Origin: Thermosulfurimonas dismutans
GTDB lineage: Bacteria > Desulfobacterota > Thermodesulfobacteria > Thermodesulfobacteriales > Thermodesulfobacteriaceae
Assembly (NCBI RefSeq): GCF_001652585.1
Contig: NZ_LWLG01000012.1
Span: 30,001-62,000, forward strand
DNA length: 32,000 bases
Direction: 5' to 3'
Under the pieces are notes generated by a model, which saw only the letters and a program-made list of their open reading frames with translations, made no database searches and was not told where the DNA came from. Positions within the stretch are counted from its first letter, which is position 1. Each line of letters opens with the position of its first letter. Below are positions 1 through 7,181 of the stretch, one piece after another. The position numbers were made by a program, and so were the translations under genes.

Positions 1-360
1 TTTTCGCAAGCTTGTAAAAAGTAACTCTTTGAGGAAGGAAAAAAGAGAAAGCTTTCTTCTCTCCCCCTCCAAAAAGGTAAAGGGGAGGAACAGACTCTCT
101 TCCCTTCCCTTTTGTTAAACAAGGAGGGAGTTATACCTTTCTTCTCCTACCCTATATTCTCGAAAAGTAGATAAAAAAGTAAAGATAATGTAAGCTTTGG
201 GCTACTTGGGTTCTTCGCTTTTTCTTTGGTGTCTATATTCGTGTCTAACCTCTCCAACCTTAATGTCATCCTTGATCTAAATATTCCCCTTTTCCCCTTA
301 ATTTTGACCTCAAAAACGCTCATGACGATAATGTTTTGCTATCGTTTAGGAATCGCAATC

Positions 361-396
361 TGGAGGTCGGGGGTTCGAATCCCCCCATCTCCACCA
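361..396 (+). pseudogene. Orphan tRNA/tmRNA-like 3' end (variable loop, T-arm, acceptor 3' strand, encoded CCA) with no 5' half
   Basis: AGGTC lies at 364-368. The T-arm is stem GGGGG 369-373, loop TTCGAAT 374-380 and stem CCCCC 381-385. The acceptor 3' strand CATCTCC is at 386-392, discriminator A at 393 and CCA at 394-396, followed by a T-run. The matching 5' acceptor strand (GGAGATG or GGGGATG), D-arm and anticodon arm are absent from the preceding ~100 nt. I see no tmRNA hallmarks in 1-360 (no GGATTCGAC-like element, no tag ORF ending GCNGCNTAA). Confidence 0.6.
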
Positions 397-566
397 TTTT
401 TTAACGATTTCTTGTATAGTTAAGAATACCAAAAACCCTAGACAGTTCGAAAACAACCCCTGAGACACTTAGAGCCTAAAGGGCTTTTCAATTTCGCATG
501 GACAACCTCCTGTTTGGCATCTCTCCTCTCTCCGAGTCGTGGATTTGATTTCAGGAAGGCCAAAAA

Positions 567-656
567 GCGAGGACGTTTCCATTGAAACAGGTGAAAACTT
601 TCAATAAAATGGCTGGAGACTTCCCACTAAAACCTGTGGGGACTTTCGATTGAAAT
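567..656 (+). repeat. Two ~22-nt direct repeats ending in ATTGAAAY, with ends 68 bp apart; function unknown (degenerate CRISPR-like repeats or protein-binding sites)
   Basis: The copies are 567-588 GCGAGGACGTTTCCATTGAAAC and 636-656 GTGGGGACTTTCGATTGAAAT. They match at 17 of 22 aligned columns with one 1-nt gap. The heptamer ATTGAAA also occurs on the opposite strand at 486-492 and 599-605. Confidence 0.35.
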
Positions 657-740
657 ACGCCCCTGGAAGGGTGTCTGTTCTGGTGCGCCTCCCCTCGCCC
701 CACTGGGGCCGGAAATCTCCCTAAAGAGGGAGGAAACTCC

Positions 741-2267
741 ATGAGTGGCGCCAAGTTTTACTTTGTCGCCCGTATGCCGGACCAGCCCGGGGCCTTACAT
801 CGAGCCGCAGAGATCGTGCGCAAGTACCAAGGCAACATCAACCGCATTCACTACGACCGGCGCATTGACCCGCACACCGTCTTTTTCGAGGTGACGCTTT
901 CCTCAGAGGAGGACTACCGCAAGATCCGCGAAGAGCTCCAGCGTATAGGCTACCTACAGGAATCGTTGGAACCCTTGGGATTTCTTAAATTTAACGTCTA
1001 CCTCCCCAACCGTCCGGGAGCGCTCTTCGAATTTCTGAACTACGTCACCGACGCCCAGGCCAACATCGCCTTTTTGGACTTCGACGATCAGGGCCGCCAC
1101 CCAGACCGTTTGACCGTAAGCCTTACCGTAGAACGCAGCGCCATCATCGATAAGCTCTTAAACCGCCTCAAATCCCGTTATCGCCTGGAGATCCTCGAGT
1201 ACGACACCCGCGGCGACCATTTGGACAACACCGTCTTCTACCTAAAGTTCGCCCAGAGATTGCGTGAGCTCATCGGCGAAGCCGAAGATGAGTTTCTTCT
1301 GCGGTTGCTCCACGACATCAACCACATCGTCCAGGAGCTCACCAACCTCAAGCAAGACCCTCAAGAAGTCTTTCGGTGTATCCTGGCCACCGGGCAAAAA
1401 CTCAAGGAGACCACCGGCGTGGGCTTCTACGCCGACGTCCAGCACTTCGAGGTGACCGATGGGGTGCGTCTCTTCTGTTTTCAACTCCCTTTCGGAGGAA
1501 ACATCTTTGTGCTGGACACCAGGGAAGAAATGATCATGATCGACACCGGCTACGGTCTCTACCACGAAGACGTAGTGCGGCTTCTCCAGCACTACGGCCT
1601 AGGGGACCTCTCCCGACTCTCCCGGATCTTTCTCACCCATGCCGACGCCGACCACGCCGGGGCCGCGGGATTCTTCAAGGCCCCCTCCCACCTTCATCCC
1701 GGCACCAAAGAGATCATCGAGAAGGCCAACCGGGCCTACGGTTCCCGGGTAGAAGGTTCCATCCTGGAAGAGGTCTACACCAAGCTCATCAATCTCTTTT
1801 CCCACTTCACCCCGCCCCAAAAAATGGTCCTGTTCCCACAGGAGGTCTTTGGGCTTCGGAACATCTTTCCGGTGATCCAGAGTTTCCGGGTGGGGCCCTT
1901 GGAGTTTGAGGTGCTCGAAAGCCTCGGTGGGCACCTCTACGGCCAGGTCTTTTTCTTCTGTCCCGAGGTTGGTCTCCTATTTACCGGAGATAGCCTCCTG
2001 AATCTTGAAAGCTTTACCCCGGAACGCCTGGAGTTCAGCCGTTTGGCCAAGATCCTTATGACCTCGGTGAATGTGGATAGCGAGATCGCCACTAAGGAGA
2101 GGGAGGCCCTGCTTGAGATCGCCAAGGAGACCGACCTGAGGTTGCGCTCAAAGGGGCGGCGCTGTCTTATTTGCGGCGGCCATGGCGCAATCTCAGTGCT
2201 AGAGGAAGGAAAGCTTAAGGCCTTTGGTAAAATAGAAAGCTACCATCCGGTTGGGCCGCGGCCTTAA
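741..2267 (+). CDS. Tandem ACT-domain protein fused to a metallo-beta-lactamase-fold hydrolase
   Basis: The ORF is 508 aa, with ATG preceded by AGGGAGG at 727-733. Two ACT-like segments are visible (FYFVARMPDQPGALHRAAEIV..., FNVYLPNRPGALFEFLNYVTDAQANIAFLDF). The C-terminal MBL signature is IFLTHADADHAGAAG, an H-x-D-x-D-H variant, followed by further Gly/His/Asp-rich MBL-like segments. Confidence 0.8.
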   Translation: MSGAKFYFVARMPDQPGALHRAAEIVRKYQGNINRIHYDRRIDPHTVFFEVTLSSEEDYRKIREELQRIGYLQESLEPLGFLKFNVYLPNRPGALFEFLNYVTDAQANIAFLDFDDQGRHPDRLTVSLTVERSAIIDKLLNRLKSRYRLEILEYDTRGDHLDNTVFYLKFAQRLRELIGEAEDEFLLRLLHDINHIVQELTNLKQDPQEVFRCILATGQKLKETTGVGFYADVQHFEVTDGVRLFCFQLPFGGNIFVLDTREEMIMIDTGYGLYHEDVVRLLQHYGLGDLSRLSRIFLTHADADHAGAAGFFKAPSHLHPGTKEIIEKANRAYGSRVEGSILEEVYTKLINLFSHFTPPQKMVLFPQEVFGLRNIFPVIQSFRVGPLEFEVLESLGGHLYGQVFFFCPEVGLLFTGDSLLNLESFTPERLEFSRLAKILMTSVNVDSEIATKEREALLEIAKETDLRLRSKGRRCLICGGHGAISVLEEGKLKAFGKIESYHPVGPRP

Positions 2268-2269
2268 GC

Positions 2270-2284
2270 AGAACCGGGGGTTCT
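2270..2284. terminator. Weak hairpin between convergent genes (AGAACC-GGG-GGTTCT)
   Basis: A 6-bp stem with a 3-nt loop lies in the 27-bp gap between the stop of 741..2267 (+) and the stop of 2295..2906 (-). No convincing U-run follows on either strand. Confidence 0.2.
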
Positions 2285-2294
2285 AAATAATCTT

Positions 2295-2906
2295 TCAGGG
2301 GACGAATCGGGAAGCTATCCGATTCTGGGGGTCTAGAATCAGGATATCCCCAAAAATGGAGATCGCTACTTTCTTTTGACCAGAATGATACAGGGTTAAG
2401 GCCAACTGAGTAAGAAAAGCCACATCCGTAGGATAAAGGGTTAGCATCTTCCGGCAGACGGCTTCGGCCTGGCGATACTTTTTTTGTTCTCGCAGGGCTT
2501 GAGCGAGGCGAAGATTGCCATAGTAGTTATAAAAATCTATTTTCAAAACTCGAGTCATCAATTCTTCCACTTCTTTCCACCTTTTTTGAACCATATAGGT
2601 AAGGCCCAAGCCCAGAAGTGGTTCCACGGCCTGCGGGGCTACCTCTGCGGCCTTTTCGTAGTGTTTTCGGGCCTCCCGATAGCGCCCCTCTAGATAAAAT
2701 AACCAACCCAATCTTAAATTGACGGTATAGCCCCGAGGGAATTTCTCGTAAACTGGAAGAAGGGCCTCTCTAGCTTTGACATACTCTCCCCGCCTCTCAA
2801 ACTCATAGGAAAGATGGTAGGCCCGCTTGATAGCCTTATAATCCAAGGCCCAGGCCCAGCTAACTCCAAGGACCAGGATGAGAAGACTCAAAAGAATCTT
2901 TCGCAT
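2295..2906 (-). CDS. Secreted tetratricopeptide-repeat (TPR) protein, last gene of the sigma54 operon
   Basis: The ORF is 203 aa with signal peptide MRKILLSLLILVLGVSWAWA. Helical TPR-like units repeat (EYVKAREALLPVYEKFP, GRYREARKHYEKAAEVAP, KKYRQAEAVCRKMLTLYP). The start overlaps the upstream stop (TGATG at 2904-2908). Confidence 0.75.
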   Translation of the reverse strand: MRKILLSLLILVLGVSWAWALDYKAIKRAYHLSYEFERRGEYVKAREALLPVYEKFPRGYTVNLRLGWLFYLEGRYREARKHYEKAAEVAPQAVEPLLGLGLTYMVQKRWKEVEELMTRVLKIDFYNYYGNLRLAQALREQKKYRQAEAVCRKMLTLYPTDVAFLTQLALTLYHSGQKKVAISIFGDILILDPQNRIASRFVP

Positions 2907-3772
2907 CAGAAGTTAAAACCGATGAAACCAGTAATTATGGCCTGGTTGACACTTTTGTCAGATTCCACTTCTTTATAGGTATTCCAAGTTCCGGTAAGAC
3001 CTAGAACGTAATTATTGAATCGGTAAGTGACTTCCATGGAGGCCCCGCCGCGGTACTTTTCCGTAAGGTTGTAAACCACAAAACCGGAATTTTTGACCGC
3101 AAAGATCTGCTGTCCTACCCAACCGGACAGCTTTACGCTCAAAGGCCCTCGAGTACAGGTTCCAGAAAGCTCAAAGGAGTAATAGTTTTCCATGGAAAGC
3201 CCGATTTTTTCGTCCTCGTCAATATGGATGTAGTAGCCCCGGGCCTCGAGATAAAGACTCCTTTTTCCGAAATAGAAGAACTTTCCGGCGTGAGGAGAGA
3301 TCTGAAAGACGTCCAGATCCACCATTTCGTCATAGTTCGAATAGAAGAATTCCAGCCCGGCATTCCACTTCCAGGGCACGAAATAAGTGAGGTCCGTAAA
3401 AAGAATCAGCCCTTCATCGGTGAGGTCATCGTCGGTGGAGATATAGTGGCCTCCCAGACGCAAAGATAGATTGGGATAAAGGCTCCCGGTGTTGGTGTAG
3501 GCCAGGGTGTAATCCGTTTGATCAAGGTCCGAATAACCGGACTCATAGTTGATGTGGAGTTGGGAGACCGCGGCCTCAAGGCCATGATGTCTTCCGTCCC
3601 CAAGGCTTCCGTAGGCCGTAAAAGAATATCCATCATCCTTGACCTTGGAGTTGCCATAATTCAAATAGGCCCCGTAGAGGGCAAAATACTTCTTGAGTTC
3701 CGAAGTTCGACCGGTGCCCCAAGTCAGACCCAGAATCAAAACTACAATAAGCATCAACCATACTTTTCTCAT
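2906..3772 (-). CDS. Outer-membrane beta-barrel protein
   Basis: The ORF is 288 aa with an N-terminal signal peptide (MRKVWLMLIVVLILGLTWG). Alternating hydrophobic/aromatic beta-strand patterns run throughout, and the C-terminus is the aromatic ...GFIGFNF typical of OMPs. The start forms an ATGA overlap with the upstream stop (3769-3772). Confidence 0.7.
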   Translation of the reverse strand: MRKVWLMLIVVLILGLTWGTGRTSELKKYFALYGAYLNYGNSKVKDDGYSFTAYGSLGDGRHHGLEAAVSQLHINYESGYSDLDQTDYTLAYTNTGSLYPNLSLRLGGHYISTDDDLTDEGLILFTDLTYFVPWKWNAGLEFFYSNYDEMVDLDVFQISPHAGKFFYFGKRSLYLEARGYYIHIDEDEKIGLSMENYYSFELSGTCTRGPLSVKLSGWVGQQIFAVKNSGFVVYNLTEKYRGGASMEVTYRFNNYVLGLTGTWNTYKEVESDKSVNQAIITGFIGFNF

Positions 3773-5844
3773 CTCTTCCTCCTTAATTGATAAATTCGAT
3801 TTTTGATTTTTATTTCGATCTCTTCAAAGCCTACATCTTCGGCAAGGACCGTCTTAGTTTCTATCTTTTCATTATTCAAGTTGATTTTACCCGAAAAATC
3901 AAGTAGGCTTTGTGATTCATATCTGGCTTTTATTTGGAAATATCGTGGATAAAAAGAAATAAGAAAAAGATACCATTCTTTTTTAAAGCCCGAGAGTCCT
4001 ATTTCAAGTGGAAGACTATCCTCCCAACGAAGGCCTGGTTTCAAGGCCAGAGGCACTTTCGGGGCCGCAAGGAAGAGCCATTTCAAGGGTGAAGACTTAC
4101 GGCCCTCAAAACTCAGGAAGTAGAAGGCCTTTTCCTTTAAGGCAAAATAAAGCCTACTCTGGCCATCAGTAAGGTAAAAAGTCCCGTCCGGGGCCATTTC
4201 CACAGAAAGCGCAATTTCTCCGAAAAGACTGCCGTTTTCATATAGGCTGTAAGCCAACTTCTGGCCAAGGAGGAGATTGAGCCGCTTTTTGAGGGCCTTA
4301 TCCGGGGCCAAGGGCTCAACCGTTGAACCTTCCACGGGCAAGGAAAAATCCTTAAAAAGCCCCTCTTCCAGATACCCGGAGAAGACAAAAGGCAGGGTGG
4401 GCGAGCCGATCTCGGGCCCATGCTGGATATGGAAGTGAAGATGGGGTTCCGGTGCATAGCCCGAACTTCCGCAGAGCCCGAGCACCGTTCCTTTCACTAC
4501 CCAATCTCCCTTTTTGACCCGCAGGGTTCCGGGGCTGAAGTGTGCAAGCACAGCATAAAAACCGCGGAGATCGTAAATCACCACATGGTTCCCCCAGGGA
4601 TTTTCCCGATTAGCTGAGCCTGGAGGCTCATCTGGAAGCCCATCTACGGCCTCCACCACCCGGCCCGAGACCGGGGAAAAGACCGGCTTACGATAGGCGT
4701 AATAGTCCTCGGGGCGCATCCCCTCTCCGGCAAAGGTGCGGCCGTTTTCGTCCGCTACGACGAAGTCCAGGGCGTGACGCCAAGGCCCCTTGTGGGTGAA
4801 CTGGCCGTCTGGTCCCTGAGAGATGAGCCAACGTCCACTTACCGGAAGGTCCACCTCTGGAACCAGAGAAGGAAACCGGATCTCAAAGCTTAGATGATGA
4901 TCCAGGGTTTTCTCGGGCGTGCCCTTATAAAGGGCGGTAAGCTTCCTGAAGCCTGAAACTATGAGGGCATAGAGAAAAAGCAGGGTTACCAGGTTAAATG
5001 GAAGGGCAAAGGCCGGGAGACCGAACTTCTCCCAGAAGACCCGAGAGGCTTCGGTTATGGGCACCGCCACCACCGCCCCCAGGATCGCCAGGAGATAACT
5101 CCGGGGAGAGGGTATCAGGAAAACCCCTCCCAGGGCCATGCTGATGAGGACGTAGTTGAAGTGTATGGGATTGGAGAAAACCTGATACGAAGAACCGGTG
5201 AAGAGGTAAGCCATAAGGGTTCCTGAAAAATAGCCCAGTGCGGCCAAAAGCGCGAGAATCCTTGAGAACCGGAGAATGAGGGCGAAAACTATGAAACCGG
5301 GAAGGGGGTGAGGCATGAAAAAGATGGCCCCTAGAGAACGGAAAAAGCCCTCAAGCCACAGGGGGAGACCTCCCACACTGTAATGGAAGGTGGGTTTAAG
5401 ACTTGTGACCAAGAGATTGGAATAATGGTAGGAGGCAAGAGTAGCCACAAGACTTCCGATCACAAACGGAAGGCTCAGGACCGGGAGCCTCAAGTAATAA
5501 GATAGAAAGGAAGAAAGACCATAGGTAAGGAGAAAGGTAAAAATCCCTAGCAGGATTATAAAGAGAAGGGTTAAAGGATCAAGCCGAAAGTAATAGCCCA
5601 CGGAAAGGCCCACCAGAAGGGGATTATAGATGTAGTAGTCAAGTCTCAGGAAATCTTCTTTAAGTCCGATAAGCCTCGCAAAGCCGTAGGCCGAAAGTAC
5701 ACAAATAAGGCCCGAGAGTCCCAGATTGGGATCCATGAGGGTGGAAAGGGCCAAAAGGACCAGTCCGGCTCCAGGCTCGCTTATAAAAAGGATGCCGGAG
5801 TAACTGTTCAGGAGTGAATGGATGGCCGTCTTAAGAGCCTTCAT
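3769..5844 (-). CDS. Urea-transporter-like (UT family) membrane domain fused to an M23 metallopeptidase domain and an unassigned ~190-aa C-terminal domain
   Basis: I moved the start from 5973 to the ATG at 5842-5844, which forms an ATGA overlap with the decarboxylase stop. From there the product begins MKALKTAIHSLLNSYSGILFISEPGAGL, a UT-like N-terminus. About 10 hydrophobic segments follow, then the M23 zinc motifs WRHALDF (HxxxD) and EPHLHFHIQ (HxH). The tail has no motif I recognise. Confidence 0.75.
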   Translation of the reverse strand: MKALKTAIHSLLNSYSGILFISEPGAGLVLLALSTLMDPNLGLSGLICVLSAYGFARLIGLKEDFLRLDYYIYNPLLVGLSVGYYFRLDPLTLLFIILLGIFTFLLTYGLSSFLSYYLRLPVLSLPFVIGSLVATLASYHYSNLLVTSLKPTFHYSVGGLPLWLEGFFRSLGAIFFMPHPLPGFIVFALILRFSRILALLAALGYFSGTLMAYLFTGSSYQVFSNPIHFNYVLISMALGGVFLIPSPRSYLLAILGAVVAVPITEASRVFWEKFGLPAFALPFNLVTLLFLYALIVSGFRKLTALYKGTPEKTLDHHLSFEIRFPSLVPEVDLPVSGRWLISQGPDGQFTHKGPWRHALDFVVADENGRTFAGEGMRPEDYYAYRKPVFSPVSGRVVEAVDGLPDEPPGSANRENPWGNHVVIYDLRGFYAVLAHFSPGTLRVKKGDWVVKGTVLGLCGSSGYAPEPHLHFHIQHGPEIGSPTLPFVFSGYLEEGLFKDFSLPVEGSTVEPLAPDKALKKRLNLLLGQKLAYSLYENGSLFGEIALSVEMAPDGTFYLTDGQSRLYFALKEKAFYFLSFEGRKSSPLKWLFLAAPKVPLALKPGLRWEDSLPLEIGLSGFKKEWYLFLISFYPRYFQIKARYESQSLLDFSGKINLNNEKIETKTVLAEDVGFEEIEIKIKNRIYQLRRKR

Positions 5845-7181
5845 CGCAGATGTTCGGGAACTCTTTCCTTTCTTACGATGTCCTCCAGATTTTCGGCCTC
5901 GCGGATGACCTCTGCCCGGCCGTCCTCCGTGATGAGGATCACCCGTGGGCGGTAGGTAATAAATTGCATCCACTGAGTCACATTGTAAGCCCCCACCGGG
6001 GAGAGGATGAGATGGGTGTTTCTAGGAAGTGGGGGCAGGAGAGCACTCTCCTCCACCACATCGATGTTCATGCAGAGGGGACCGTAAAGGACGCAGGGTT
6101 CGGGTGGACCAGGAATCTCTCTCTCCATCTCCACCTTGAGGTGGTACCAGAAGGCCGTAAAAAGGAGATTAACCCCGGCATCAAGAATATAGGCCCGCCG
6201 GCCGTCAGGAAGCCTTTTGGTCGCCCTTACGGTAGTAAGGAGGAACCCGGCCTCATCCACCAGGGCCCGGCCGGTTTCCATAATGAGAAGCGGATAGTTT
6301 CCCGGAGGGAGTCCGGAAAGCATGGCCCGGCCGATGGCCTCAATGTACTCCGCTAGCGAAGGAACCGCCACCTCCGGCGGAAGATAGATACCTTTTAGGC
6401 GATTGCGGGATGGAAAGCCCCCTCCGAGGTCCAGATACTCTATCTGCCAGCCAAAACGGTTCTCTAACTCTCCGGCAAGCCTCACCAGTTTTTCGGCCGC
6501 CTGGCCATAGGCCCCTGGTTCAAGAATAAAGGTACCCTGGTGACAGTGAAGCCCAACCACCTCGAGGAGGCCTCCGGCAGCTATCCGCCGGGCCACTTGC
6601 ATGACCTCTCCGTTTTCAAGATTGAACCCGAATCGGTCCCAGCGGGGATAGATGCCGGTATCCATGTTAACCCGAAGGCCGATTTTAAGGCGCCGGCCCA
6701 TCTTGCGGGCCAGGTTTTCAAGATCAAGGACCTCGTCCAAGGAGTCGGCGTTAATTCGGGCCCCTTCAGAGACCGCGCGCTCTAGAATCTCTAGCGGTTT
6801 ATAAGGGCCGTTAAAGACTATTTTTTCCCCGGGAATTCCGAGTCTTCGGGCCTTCTCGTACTCAAAATCCGAGACTACCTCCGCCGTAGCCCCTTCCTGG
6901 TGAAAGATCCGGCAGATGGCGTCCAGATAGTTGGTCTTGTAGGACCAACTGAACTCCACCCGGGGATAGTGGCTCTCAAAGAGACGTTTGAGATACCGGA
7001 ACCTCTCTCGGAGCCTCTTTTCCGAGAAGACGAAAAGTGGAGAGCCGAATTTCTCAACCAAGGTCTTCACCGGAATTCCATCTATCTCCGAACGGATAAG
7101 GGTTCGCGCGGCGCTTTTCTTTTCCCGCATAAAACCTACATGCAGTTTAAGAATACTCGGTTTTTGATAGAGTTTTTTCAT
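5841..7181 (-). CDS. PLP-dependent decarboxylase, Orn/DAP/Arg decarboxylase family (fold type III); substrate unknown
   Basis: The ORF is 446 aa. Family-type motifs are present: FSWSYKTNY (PLP-lysine region, compare AxKAN), HCHQGT, YLDLGGGFP (GGG phosphate loop) and YGPLCMNIDV (active-site Cys region). ATGA overlaps occur at both ends (7178-7181 and 5841-5844). Confidence 0.8.
   Translation of the reverse strand: MKKLYQKPSILKLHVGFMREKKSAARTLIRSEIDGIPVKTLVEKFGSPLFVFSEKRLRERFRYLKRLFESHYPRVEFSWSYKTNYLDAICRIFHQEGATAEVVSDFEYEKARRLGIPGEKIVFNGPYKPLEILERAVSEGARINADSLDEVLDLENLARKMGRRLKIGLRVNMDTGIYPRWDRFGFNLENGEVMQVARRIAAGGLLEVVGLHCHQGTFILEPGAYGQAAEKLVRLAGELENRFGWQIEYLDLGGGFPSRNRLKGIYLPPEVAVPSLAEYIEAIGRAMLSGLPPGNYPLLIMETGRALVDEAGFLLTTVRATKRLPDGRRAYILDAGVNLLFTAFWYHLKVEMEREIPGPPEPCVLYGPLCMNIDVVEESALLPPLPRNTHLILSPVGAYNVTQWMQFITYRPRVILITEDGRAEVIREAENLEDIVRKERVPEHLR

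Noticed and set aside
40-396. Complete tmRNA (ssrA) gene ending at the CCA at 396
   Set aside because: The best 5' acceptor candidate (GGGGAGG at 82-88) leaves a G-A mismatch. No GGATTCGAC-like element follows it. No tag-peptide ORF ending in Ala-Ala-stop is present. The body is AT-rich and lacks pseudoknot-forming G/C tracts. I kept it only as an orphan 3' fragment.
226-423. 65-aa ORF (MVSIFVSNLSNL...)
   Set aside because: It has a non-ATG start and no RBS, and its composition is low-complexity and AT-rich. Its 3' end is simply the translation of the tRNA-like fragment (..RSGVRIPPSPP).
421-540. TPP-riboswitch-like CTGAGA at 460-465 and an SRP-RNA-like CAGGAAGG at 552-559 in the long leader
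   Set aside because: These are isolated short matches. The flanking conserved helices and motifs (for example the ACCCTTTGAACCTGATC.GG.TAAT.CC core of TPP elements) are absent.
559-724. CRISPR array call
   Set aside because: Only two diverged repeat copies are present. A third expected copy near 724 is absent, because the sequence there is the RBS region. No cas genes lie in the window. I reported it as a repeat observation only.
551-754. 67-aa minus-strand ORF upstream of and overlapping the ACT-MBL start
   Set aside because: It is Pro/Gly/Arg-rich with no RBS, and it overlaps the start and RBS of a well-supported gene on the other strand. It is probably a chance ORF in the leader region.
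1242-2125. Alternative-frame and antisense ORFs inside the ACT-MBL gene (1242..1592 -, 1264..1455 +, 1376..1909 +, 1599..1934 -, 1937..2125 -)
   Set aside because: They are R/P/S/G-rich and typical of off-frame translation of coding DNA. They carry no motifs and are fully nested in a gene with clear domain signatures.
5845-5973. 43-codon N-terminal extension of the UT-M23 ORF (MDAIYYLPPTGDPHHGGRPGRGHPRGRKSGGHRKKGKSSRTSA)
   Set aside because: It lies entirely inside the 3' end of the decarboxylase gene in another frame, and its composition is R/G/H/K-rich, which is not protein-like. The internal ATG at 5842-5844 gives a canonical ATGA coupling and a UT-like N-terminus.
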